Source: Pyrinomonadaceae bacterium (GTDB lineage: Bacteria; Acidobacteriota; Blastocatellia; Pyrinomonadales; Pyrinomonadaceae). From it: 64,000 bases of DNA. The stretch is taken from positions 9,966 through 73,965 of the forward strand of contig JBOGOU010000513.1 in NCBI GenBank assembly GCA_050748205.1, given 5' to 3'. The notes beneath the pieces are model-generated. The model made no database searches. It was not told where the DNA came from and saw only the letters and a list, made by a program, of their open reading frames with translations. Below, one piece after another: positions 55,559-63,430 of this stretch. The position numbers were made by a program, and so were the translations under genes. How positions within the stretch are numbered: the stretch's first letter is position 1; the number at the start of each line of letters is the position of its first letter.

Positions 55559-55827
55559 AAACCTCGCTCAAGCCAAAATCCACGCAGACTTGTTTTAGGC
55601 GCCTTAAAACGCGATGTCGCGATAACCGTCCAACTTTCAGCCGTTTCGAAGGAATCCGCGGGAACGCGTTGCGCCAGTATTGAGTATTATTCGCTCATAC
55701 TTTTTCCTTTTTTGCTTTTCTCGTTATAATGACGCCACACTTGTTCACACGCGTTGCACATTTCAGAACCAGTCCGCGTTTGGGCCATCTAGTTAGCCAC
55801 AACAACGTGTCGAGAGAGAGTTGAAAT

Positions 55828-56721
55828 ATGCCGTATCTCAAACCTGAGCGTCCGGAAAAAGTCAGTGCGCCTTCTTTACGAGCGAGTAAACAACGCGGCG
55901 AGCGCCTCGTCTGCCTTACAGCCTACGATTACCCGACAGCCCGCATAGTCGACGAAGCCGGTATCGATGTCGTTCTTGTCGGTGACAGCCTGGGTAACGT
56001 CGTGCTGGGCTATGGCAACACCGTGCCAGTTACGCTCGATGAGATAATGATCCACGTGAAGGCCGTGCGTCGCGCGGTGCAACGCGCCCTGCTCGTTGCC
56101 GATATGCCTTACGGGTCGTTTCACACTGGCGCTGACGATGCGGTCAAGAACGCCTTGCGCCTGGTGAAGGAAGGAGGGGCCGAAGCGATCAAACTCGAAG
56201 GCGGTCGCAAGAGACTCCCCCTGATAAAGCGCCTAGTTGACGAAGAGATCGCGGTGATGGGTCACATTGGACTAACACCACAGTCGATCAATAAGCTGGG
56301 GGCCTATCGCGTTCAGGGTAAGACTGCTGAGGCGGCGCGGGAACTCCTCGATGATGCGCTGGCTCTTGAAGAAGCCGGGGCGTTTGCCATCGTGCTCGAG
56401 GTTGTCCCACGCGAGATCGCCAAACTCATCACCGAAAGTGTAAGCATTCCAACTATCGGCATCGGGGCTGGTGTGCATTGCGACATCCAGGTACTTGTCC
56501 TCCATGACATGCTGGGTCTGTCATTTGGAAAACTTGCGCGCTTTGTGCGGCCTTACGCAAACCTGCATGAAACGATTACTAACGCTGTTACCAAATATGC
56601 CGAGGACGTTCGGAGCGGCAGCTATCCTTCCCAGGCCGAGTCATACTCGCTGCCGGCGGAAGCGGCGGAGGAATTGAATCTGACCACGCCAGTGAAAGAC
56701 TCCAGGATCAACAAGTCCTAA
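55828..56721 (+). CDS. panB: 3-methyl-2-oxobutanoate hydroxymethyltransferase
   Basis: LTAYDYPTARIVDEAGIDVVLVGDSLGNVVLGY.NTVPVTLDEIMIHVKAV...VADMPYGS...GHIGLTPQS. Confidence 0.92.
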   Translation: MPYLKPERPEKVSAPSLRASKQRGERLVCLTAYDYPTARIVDEAGIDVVLVGDSLGNVVLGYGNTVPVTLDEIMIHVKAVRRAVQRALLVADMPYGSFHTGADDAVKNALRLVKEGGAEAIKLEGGRKRLPLIKRLVDEEIAVMGHIGLTPQSINKLGAYRVQGKTAEAARELLDDALALEEAGAFAIVLEVVPREIAKLITESVSIPTIGIGAGVHCDIQVLVLHDMLGLSFGKLARFVRPYANLHETITNAVTKYAEDVRSGSYPSQAESYSLPAEAAEELNLTTPVKDSRINKS

Positions 56722-56736
56722 AATTTCCCGAAAACT

Positions 56737-57621
56737 ATGGAGATCATTAATCGCCGTCAGCGCATGAGTTCCGTCGCGCGCAAGATTCGCCGCGAGCAAG
56801 ATCGGACCATCGGCCTCGTACCCACCATGGGAGCGCTTCATGAAGGCCATCTAAGCCTTGTGAGAGAAGCCCGCCGGATGTGTGATGTGGTCGTGGTTTC
56901 TGTCTTTGTGAACCCGGCCCAATTTGGACCAGGCGAAGACTTCGAGCGCTACCCGCGCGACTTAACGAAAGACACGGCATTGCTGACCGACTACAATGTC
57001 GATTTCATTTTCGCACCACCGATTGAGGAGATTTATCCGAAGGGCTTTGCCACTTTTGTGACTGTCGAGGGTCTTTCGGAGCAACTCGAGGGCACCGCTC
57101 GTCCCGGCCACTTCCGCGGCGTGGCCACCGTCGTGACGATCTTGCTCAATGTCGTGCGTCCCGACTTTGCTTTCTTCGGCCAGAAAGACGCGCAACAGGC
57201 AGTCATTATCCGGCGGCTCGTTCGCGACCTCGCTTTCGATACAGAAGTCCTTGTGCTGCCTACTGTGCGCGAGGATTCCGGACTAGCCATATCTTCCCGG
57301 AATTTGTATTTGAAACCGGAAGAGCAACAAGCCGGAGCTGTAATTCACCGTGCCCTGGCGAAGGCAAAAGAAACATACAAGGCAGGTGAGCGCAATGGCG
57401 TCAGGCTGGCGGAGTTGGTACGAACGACAATTGAGGCTGAGCCCCGCGCACGGGTGGATTACGTTAGCATCACAGATGCGGAAACACTCGAGAAGTTAGA
57501 CAAACTCGACGAACGCCCCATTCTAATCGCTGTGGCCGCTTATATTGGCAAAACGCGGCTGATCGACAATACGCTGCTCAACGCTTCCAAGAAGAAGGAC
57601 GGCGCCTCGGCAAAAGCTTGA
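56737..57621 (+). CDS. panC: Pantoate--beta-alanine ligase
   Basis: GLVPTMGALHEGHLSLVREAR...VVSVFVNPAQFGP.EDF..YPRD...GHFRGVATVV..L...V.PD.AFFGQKDAQQ. Confidence 0.92.
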   Translation: MEIINRRQRMSSVARKIRREQDRTIGLVPTMGALHEGHLSLVREARRMCDVVVVSVFVNPAQFGPGEDFERYPRDLTKDTALLTDYNVDFIFAPPIEEIYPKGFATFVTVEGLSEQLEGTARPGHFRGVATVVTILLNVVRPDFAFFGQKDAQQAVIIRRLVRDLAFDTEVLVLPTVREDSGLAISSRNLYLKPEEQQAGAVIHRALAKAKETYKAGERNGVRLAELVRTTIEAEPRARVDYVSITDAETLEKLDKLDERPILIAVAAYIGKTRLIDNTLLNASKKKDGASAKA

Positions 57622-57747
57622 AAATTTCGGATTTCGAATTGCGAATTGCGAATTTGCCTGTGGCTTGTCTTGAATGATCTCTTTGTTCTTACAATTCGCG
57701 TACCCGAAAGAAAATCCGAAATCCGATGTTCGAAATCCGCAATTTGC
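57621..57747. repeat. Heptad-zipper element, family A (imperfect)
   Basis: The left arm is 57621-57657 (aaaatttcggatttcgaattgcgaattgcgaatttgc) and starts at the last base of the panC TGA. The right arm is 57710-57747 (gaaaatccgaaatccgatgttcgaaatccgcaatttgc). Confidence 0.8.
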
Positions 57748-57810
57748 TACCCACGTGACCCCGCCCCTTTTGTTTTTTCCTGCCCCTTCTGTGACAATCA
57801 TCCTGGTCAG

Positions 57811-58341
57811 ATGTCAGATTTCGCAAAACAAAAAACCCACATCAAATTCACCTTAAATGGTGAGGCGGCCGAAGTTGCGTTTGCTCCGCACAAAACCCTG
57901 CTGGAAGTGCTCCGTGAAGACCTAAATCTGACTGGGACAAAGCACGGTTGTGAACTGGGTGAGTGCGGAACGTGTACTGTTTTGGTTGATGGTCGGGCAA
58001 TTCTGTCGTGTCTGATGCTGGGTCTCGATGCCGAAGGGCGCGATGTAAAGAGTATCGAAGGAATGGCTGAGGGCGGGCAGCTTCACCCATTGCAGGAGAC
58101 GTTTGCGGACACCGGCGCGGCGCAGTGTGGTTATTGCTCGCCTGGGTTCCTGCTCGTTGCCGAGGAGCTCCTTAAGAAGTCTCCCGATCCAACCCGTGCA
58201 GAGATTAAGGAGGCCTTATCGGGAAATCTCTGCCGCTGCACAGGCTACATAAAGATTTACGAGGCAGTTGAGTTGGCGGCGGCACGCATGCGCGGCGAAG
58301 AGATGGAACTGCCGAGGGAGTCTATTTACGGTTTGAGCTAA
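57811..58341 (+). CDS. (2Fe-2S)-binding small (gamma) subunit of a xanthine-dehydrogenase-family enzyme (HcrC/CoxS-like)
   Basis: I moved the start to ATG 57811 because the upstream ORF part only translates a repeat. The cluster motifs are GCELGECGTCTV and QCGYCSPGF...NLCRCTGY. Confidence 0.88.
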   Translation: MSDFAKQKTHIKFTLNGEAAEVAFAPHKTLLEVLREDLNLTGTKHGCELGECGTCTVLVDGRAILSCLMLGLDAEGRDVKSIEGMAEGGQLHPLQETFADTGAAQCGYCSPGFLLVAEELLKKSPDPTRAEIKEALSGNLCRCTGYIKIYEAVELAAARMRGEEMELPRESIYGLS

Positions 58342-58401
58342 GGCTTAAGTGAGTCTATCTCTCGAGTGAGGACTGGATCTTTTCAAGTCATGGGAATTCG
58401 C

Positions 58402-58476
58402 AGGTTGGGAAGGGTGGTTAACCCCCGGCCTGCCCTTCGCTTAAGTCAAGCGGGGGTAAACCGCCCTTCCTAACCT
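58402..58476. repeat. Intercistronic 26-bp-arm hairpin between the gamma and alpha subunit genes
   Basis: aggttgggaagggtggttaacccccg (58402-27) pairs with cgggggtaaaccgcccttcctaacct (58451-76), with 3 mismatches. Confidence 0.8.
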
Positions 58477-58514
58477 TTGAGACTCTACAACTTGGGAACC
58501 TAAGCAAAGGTTGA

Positions 58515-60968
58515 ATGGCTAACAATCCTAAAAAAGAGAATAAGCTCAAAGTAGTCGGCAAGCCATTTCGCAAAGTCGACGCGCGCGCGAAGTGCACTGG
58601 ACAGACGAAGTTTGCTGACGACATTGTCTTGCCGCGCATGCTCTACGCAAAGATCCTGCGCAGTCATCTTCCGCATGCGCTGATCAAGAGCGTCGATGTG
58701 TCCAAAGCTCTGGCCACACCCGGCGTTTTTGCAGTCATCACCGGCAAAGACTTGCCGATTCCTTACGGCATCCTTCCCGTCAGTCAGGACGAACACGCGC
58801 TCTGCATTGACAAGGTACGGTTTATTGGCGACCCCGTTGCGGCTGTTGTCGCTATCGATGAAGACACTGCGTTCGACTCGATGAACCTGATTGAGGTCGA
58901 GTACGAGTCGTTGAATTCAATCTCGACGATTGAAGAAGCATTGATGATCGACGAGCCGCGCATTCACGAATACGGGGATGGCGGCAACGTCCACAAGAAA
59001 GTCTCGCTTGAATTCGGCAACGTCGAGGAGGGATTCGCGGAAGCTGACCTGGTTCGCGAGGACACGTTTTTCTACGAAGGCAACACGCATCTGCCGATGG
59101 AACAGCACGCCGCGGTTGCCTATTTTGATACCGACAACAAACTAACGCTCTGGAGCGCCACGCAGACGCCGCATTACGTTCATCGTGCACTGGCGAAGGT
59201 CCTAGCGATGCCGGCAAGCCACATCAGGGTGATTGCCACCCCCAACGGTGGCGGATTTGGCGGCAAAAGCGATCCTTTCAATCACGAGATTGTCGTTTGC
59301 AAGCTTGCGATGATGACCGGTCGCCCGGTCAAATGCACTCTGACGCGCGAAGAAGTCTTCTACTGCCATCGCGGCCGCCACCCAGTGCTGATGCGCGTCA
59401 AGACTGGCGTCAAAAAGGACGGCGCGATTACGGGAATGCATTTCCAATCATTTCTCGATGGGGGCGCGTATGGCAGTTATGGCGTTGCCAGCACGTTCTA
59501 TACCGGCGCTCTGCAAACCGTCACCTACGAAGTGCCCCGCTACAAGTTCCAGGGTGTTCGTCTGTTTACTAACAAACCACCCTGTGGTCCAAAGCGTGGA
59601 CATGGAACTCCGCAGCCTCGCTATGCCCTGGAAGTGCAGCTCGACAAAATCGCCGAGCAACTCAAGCTCGATCCGGCTGAAATGCGCCGGCAGCATCTCG
59701 TTAAGCCGTACTCGGTAACCGCAAACTATCTGCGCATCGGCAGCATGGGTCTGGGAAAGTGTATCGAGAAGGTAGTCCAAGGCTCGGACTGGAAAAACAA
59801 GTTCTCAGGCTGGAATTCGAAGAATCGCAAGCTGCCATACGGCAAGGGTATCGGCATTGCGTGTAGCTCGTATATCTGCGGCGCCGGATTGCCAATCTAC
59901 TGGAACAACATGCCGCAATCGGGTGTTCAGCTTCGTCTGGATCGCCAGGGCGGCGTCTGCGTCATGTGTGGTTCGACCGATATCGGCCAGGGATCGGATT
60001 CGATCCTCGCCTACATCGTGGCTGAGGTCTTAGGAATCGATCCCTTTGACATACGCGTTGTTACCGCAGACACAGATCTGACGCCTGTCGACCTGGGAAG
60101 CTACTCCTCCCGCGTAACCTTGATGACCGGCAACGCCGCTATTCAGGCCGCCGAAAGAGCGCGAGAACTGTTGGTGATGGCCGTGGCAGAGAAACTTGGC
60201 GTGCCGATCGAGAATATTTCACTTGCCGAGCGACGCGCCTTCGACGTGGAGAATCCGGAGGTTGGCGTTTCATTTGCGGAAGCCGTTGTTTTGGCTGAAT
60301 CGAAGTTTGGCACGATAGGGACTGTCGGCTCGTATTCACCTCCACCATCTCCAGGTAAATACAAAGGGGCCGGCGTCGGACCATCCCCGGCTTATAGCTA
60401 CTCGGCAGCCGTCGCTGAAGTGGATGTCGATCCCTCCACCGGCATTGTGATTGTCGACCGTATCTGGATCGCGCACGACATTGGTCAGTCGATCAATCCA
60501 ATGCTGGTAATGGGCCAGGTTGAAGGAAGCGTCTACATGGGACTGGGCGAGATTTTGATGGAAGAGATGGCCTATCGCGGCAACCGCAATGTGGTACACA
60601 AGTTCCCCTCAATGCTTGAGTACAAGAGCCCGACGACGATGGAGATGTGCGACGTTAAGACTTATCTGATCGAAGACGCCGATCCCAATGGCCCGTTTGG
60701 CGCGAAGGAAGTAGGGCAGGGCCCTTTGCTTCCAGTTCCTCCCGCGGTTGCCAATGCGGTTTACGACGCGGTTGGCGTGCGCATCGACGAAGTGCCGATC
60801 ATGCCGGAAAAGGTTTCGAAGGCGCTTAAAGAGAAGGAGCGTGGGCGCGATCCCCGTTACGGTCCGGATTCAGTTCCGTCAGTAGATTGGCCCGATCCGT
60901 TGAAGGTGTTAACGCCAGCCGAGGGCGGCGATGGCCGCGAGATGCCGCGGGTGGCGGTGCATTCGTGA
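58515..60968 (+). CDS. Molybdopterin-binding large (alpha) subunit of a xanthine-dehydrogenase-family enzyme (4-hydroxybenzoyl-CoA-reductase-like)
   Basis: 817 aa. VGKPFRKVDARAKCTGQTKFADDI, FGGK, GQGSDS, and the C-terminal PFGAKEVGQGPL block. Confidence 0.85.
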   Translation: MANNPKKENKLKVVGKPFRKVDARAKCTGQTKFADDIVLPRMLYAKILRSHLPHALIKSVDVSKALATPGVFAVITGKDLPIPYGILPVSQDEHALCIDKVRFIGDPVAAVVAIDEDTAFDSMNLIEVEYESLNSISTIEEALMIDEPRIHEYGDGGNVHKKVSLEFGNVEEGFAEADLVREDTFFYEGNTHLPMEQHAAVAYFDTDNKLTLWSATQTPHYVHRALAKVLAMPASHIRVIATPNGGGFGGKSDPFNHEIVVCKLAMMTGRPVKCTLTREEVFYCHRGRHPVLMRVKTGVKKDGAITGMHFQSFLDGGAYGSYGVASTFYTGALQTVTYEVPRYKFQGVRLFTNKPPCGPKRGHGTPQPRYALEVQLDKIAEQLKLDPAEMRRQHLVKPYSVTANYLRIGSMGLGKCIEKVVQGSDWKNKFSGWNSKNRKLPYGKGIGIACSSYICGAGLPIYWNNMPQSGVQLRLDRQGGVCVMCGSTDIGQGSDSILAYIVAEVLGIDPFDIRVVTADTDLTPVDLGSYSSRVTLMTGNAAIQAAERARELLVMAVAEKLGVPIENISLAERRAFDVENPEVGVSFAEAVVLAESKFGTIGTVGSYSPPPSPGKYKGAGVGPSPAYSYSAAVAEVDVDPSTGIVIVDRIWIAHDIGQSINPMLVMGQVEGSVYMGLGEILMEEMAYRGNRNVVHKFPSMLEYKSPTTMEMCDVKTYLIEDADPNGPFGAKEVGQGPLLPVPPAVANAVYDAVGVRIDEVPIMPEKVSKALKEKERGRDPRYGPDSVPSVDWPDPLKVLTPAEGGDGREMPRVAVHS

Positions 60969-60993
60969 CTGAAACTTATCATGAGAGTAACGA

Positions 60994-61272
60994 ATGGAAT
61001 TCGAATGGGACGGGAAGAAAGCAGCGGCTAACCTTCGTAAGCACCGTGTTTCATTCGAGGAAGCGGCTACAGTTTTCAATGATCCGCTTGCAACGGTCTA
61101 CGAAGATCCAGACCACTCAGTAAGCGAAAAGCGATTTCTAACGATTGGGACATCTGCTCGCGGACGATTGCTTCATATCGCGTTCGCGGATCGAGGGGGG
61201 CGACTTAGAATAATCAACGTCCGAGAAGTAACGAGAAGAGAAAGAGAACTCTATGAAGAAGAAGAGAGATGA
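60994..61272 (+). CDS. brnT: BrnT-family (DUF497) toxin
   Basis: MEFEWDGKKAAANLRKHRVSFEEAATVFNDPLA...DPDHS..EKRFLTIG....GRLL.I....RGG.LRIINVR..T..ER..Y. Confidence 0.8.
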   Translation: MEFEWDGKKAAANLRKHRVSFEEAATVFNDPLATVYEDPDHSVSEKRFLTIGTSARGRLLHIAFADRGGRLRIINVREVTRRERELYEEEER

Positions 61273-61531
61273 AGATTCGGATGAGATGAGACCGGAATAC
61301 GATCTCAGAAAACTCAGATTTGTTGGCCGTGGGATCTACGCGAAACGATATCGCTCCGGCACGAATCTGGTGCTCTTAGATCGTGACGTGAGGGAAGCTT
61401 TTCCCGATGATGAGTCGGTAAACGAGGCCTTGCGAGTAATCGCGAAGGCTGCGAAGCAGCAAGCTTTGCAGGTTCGGAAGACTCCTGTTCGTAGTCGACG
61501 ACAATCGTCGCGCTTGCGACGGGCGGGGTAA
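61253..61531 (+). CDS. BrnA-like antitoxin (putative)
   Basis: It overlaps the brnT stop by 20 nt. ..MRPEYDL..L.FVGRGIYAKRY..GTNLVLLDRDVREAFPDDESVNEALRVI resembles partners of DUF497 toxins. The start could instead be ATG 61286. Confidence 0.55.
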   Translation: MKKKRDEDSDEMRPEYDLRKLRFVGRGIYAKRYRSGTNLVLLDRDVREAFPDDESVNEALRVIAKAAKQQALQVRKTPVRSRRQSSRLRRAG

Positions 61532-61537
61532 CCCGGT

Positions 61538-61756
61538 ATGAGCGAACCACCAACTTGTAAGCCTCTGGTCTTTACTTTAATTGAAGACTATGGCGAAAAC
61601 GTTACCATCGAAATCTCGGAAGAGGACTACCAAGCCGATCTGGCCGCGGGAATCGACGAAGAGGATACGTTGAAACCCGGTCGCTATAAGATGAAGCGTG
61701 GCGGCTTCCTCGCGCGCCACCCCGAGTTTAAGCTCGAGGAGAAGAAGAGAGCCTGA
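61538..61756 (+). CDS. Small acidic hypothetical protein (72 aa)
   Basis: Tightly packed ORF, 6 nt after the preceding stop and 3 nt before the next start. No recognisable motif. Confidence 0.45.
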   Translation: MSEPPTCKPLVFTLIEDYGENVTIEISEEDYQADLAAGIDEEDTLKPGRYKMKRGGFLARHPEFKLEEKKRA

Positions 61757-61759
61757 CGG

Positions 61760-62221
61760 ATGCCCTCGGCACTTCCTGAGGAGTTGCGAATGAGTCGAGC
61801 CCGAACCCTAACAGGTCAGCAGGGCGCAGAGGCTGTGATTGTCCAGCTTACTAATCGAGGTCATGTTGTGAAGGGCATGCCTAATCACAACAAGGGCTTT
61901 GATGTCGACTGTCAATCTCCCAACGGGTGTCAGTTTCGGGTTGAGGTAAAGACTTCTAGTTCGAAGAACACTCACATACCAATCCAACTTCATCATGTAG
62001 AAGGACCTCTCAAGCCCGACTTGTTCTTTGTCCTAGTTAACAAACTCGAGGTTGCCCCTTTTTTCGAATACTACATTTTGACCCATGAGGAGCTAAAGGC
62101 TGCGTGGATCCCAATGCCGAAACAAATGATGAATGAGAAGCCATACGTCATTGATCGGGCTCACATAGATTGGAGGCTCATCGAACTTCAACGTGAAAGG
62201 TGGTACAAGCTGCCAAAGTAA
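61760..62221 (+). CDS. Hypothetical protein with a PD-(D/E)xK nuclease-like motif pattern
   Basis: GQQGAEAVIVQLTNRGHVV ... GFDVDC ... FRVEVKTS matches the G..GE / D / (E/Q)xK ordering of PD-(D/E)xK folds. The call comes from the motif pattern only. Confidence 0.45.
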   Translation: MPSALPEELRMSRARTLTGQQGAEAVIVQLTNRGHVVKGMPNHNKGFDVDCQSPNGCQFRVEVKTSSSKNTHIPIQLHHVEGPLKPDLFFVLVNKLEVAPFFEYYILTHEELKAAWIPMPKQMMNEKPYVIDRAHIDWRLIELQRERWYKLPK

Positions 62222-62226
62222 TTCCT

Positions 62227-63213
62227 ATGATGCGACTTCCCAAGTTTGAATACCGCGTACCGCGCACAGTTGCGGAGGCGGTGAAGACTATGGCCCACGC
62301 CGGGCCGGAAGGGCAGTTCGTCGCTGGAGGCACCGACCTCTACCCAAACATGAAGCGCCGGCAACAAACGCCACGGACCGTAATCTCTGTTATGCGTTTG
62401 CCGGAGCTGAATCAGATCACGGGCGACGGAAAGTCCGGCTTGAGGATTGGCGCATCGGTTTCGCTGACTGACATCTGCGAACACCCGATCATCAATCGCG
62501 ACTATCCAGTAGTAGCGCAAGCGGCCCACACAATTTCCACGCCCATCCTGCGCAACATGGGAACAATCGGAGGCAATCTCCTGCTCGACACGCGCTGCAA
62601 CTACTACGATCAGAATTACGAATGGCGTAAGGGGATCAACTTCTGCCTGAAGAAGGATGGCGACGTTTGCTGGGTGGCGCCGGGAAGCTCGAAATGCTGG
62701 GCCGTGCAGTCGTCTGATCTGGTACCGGTGATGGTGGCAATCGGCGCCAGGCTCCGCTTTGCTTCCACTCTCGGCGAGCGCTTGATCGACGCGGCTGGTT
62801 TATACAACGACGATGGCATCGACTACTTACATAAGCGGCCTGACGAGCTTCTTGTCGACATTCAACTCCCGCCGACTAACGGCTGGCGCGCCTCCTATCA
62901 GAAACTCCGCCGGCGCGGTGCATTTGATTTTCCCGTGCTGGGGGTTGCCGCCTGGGTGCAAATGGACCATGCCGGCTCAGTCAGCGATGCGCGGTTGATC
63001 CTCGGCGGTATTGCGCCATCTCCTATCGAAGTGAAAGAAGCCGGACAGGCCCTGATTGGCAATCCCTTGCGTGCCGATCATATCGAGGCCGCCGCCGAAG
63101 CCGCCTATATTAAAGCCCGCCCACTCGATAACACTGACTTCGTCATGAACTGGCGCAAACAGATGACGAGGCAGTACACGCTTCGCGCCTTGGAAGAATT
63201 GCGGCATGAGTAG
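62227..63213 (+). CDS. FAD-binding medium (beta) subunit, HcrB-like, with a 4-Cys insertion
   Basis: I moved the start to ATG 62227 (MMRLPKFEYRVPRTVAEAVK). FVAGGTDLYPNMK, NMGTIGGNL, then RCNYYDQNYEWRKGINFCLKKDGDVCWVAPGSSKCWA. Confidence 0.85.
   Translation: MMRLPKFEYRVPRTVAEAVKTMAHAGPEGQFVAGGTDLYPNMKRRQQTPRTVISVMRLPELNQITGDGKSGLRIGASVSLTDICEHPIINRDYPVVAQAAHTISTPILRNMGTIGGNLLLDTRCNYYDQNYEWRKGINFCLKKDGDVCWVAPGSSKCWAVQSSDLVPVMVAIGARLRFASTLGERLIDAAGLYNDDGIDYLHKRPDELLVDIQLPPTNGWRASYQKLRRRGAFDFPVLGVAAWVQMDHAGSVSDARLILGGIAPSPIEVKEAGQALIGNPLRADHIEAAAEAAYIKARPLDNTDFVMNWRKQMTRQYTLRALEELRHE
62596..62697 (+). other. C-X15-C-X7-C-X8-C loop (putative [4Fe-4S] site) in the beta subunit
   Basis: Cys at residues 124, 140, 148 and 157 counted from ATG 62227. 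Confidence 0.6.
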
Positions 63214-63223
63214 CGCGCTCATG

Positions 63224-63390
63224 TGGAGTGCGCCGGCAGAGCGAAGCCTCACCATTACAGAACCGGGAGCGGTAGCGACCGGATGCCAGACTCAACGCTA
63301 CTAACATGTTCTTGCTTCAGTTGAAAGCCAACATCCGGTCGCTACAGCTCCCGGTTCTGTAATGGCGCTGCGCTTTGCCACCGCGCTCCA
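63224..63390. repeat. Nested palindromic element, family C, copy 2
   Basis: The outer arms are tggagtgcgccggcagagcgaagc (63224-47) and gcgctgcgctttgccaccgcgctcca (63365-90). The inner 34-bp inverted repeat is 63252-85 against 63332-65, with 1 mismatch. Confidence 0.9.
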
Positions 63391-63430
63391 ACTGCTCGCC
63401 GTCTTTATCCGAACACTTACCCAGGCAACA

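Noticed and set aside
55725-55730. A TATAAT hexamer about 100 nt upstream of panB, as a possible promoter.
   Set aside because: There is no acceptable -35 at 16-18 nt (ttttcc) and no TG extension. A lone AT-rich hexamer is not sufficient evidence.
1471-57747. Could the tandem short repeats be CRISPR arrays?
   Set aside because: The units are 7 or 9 nt and directly contiguous, with no unique spacers. The arrays are at most about 50 nt long and occur as inverted pairs. No cas genes are in the window.
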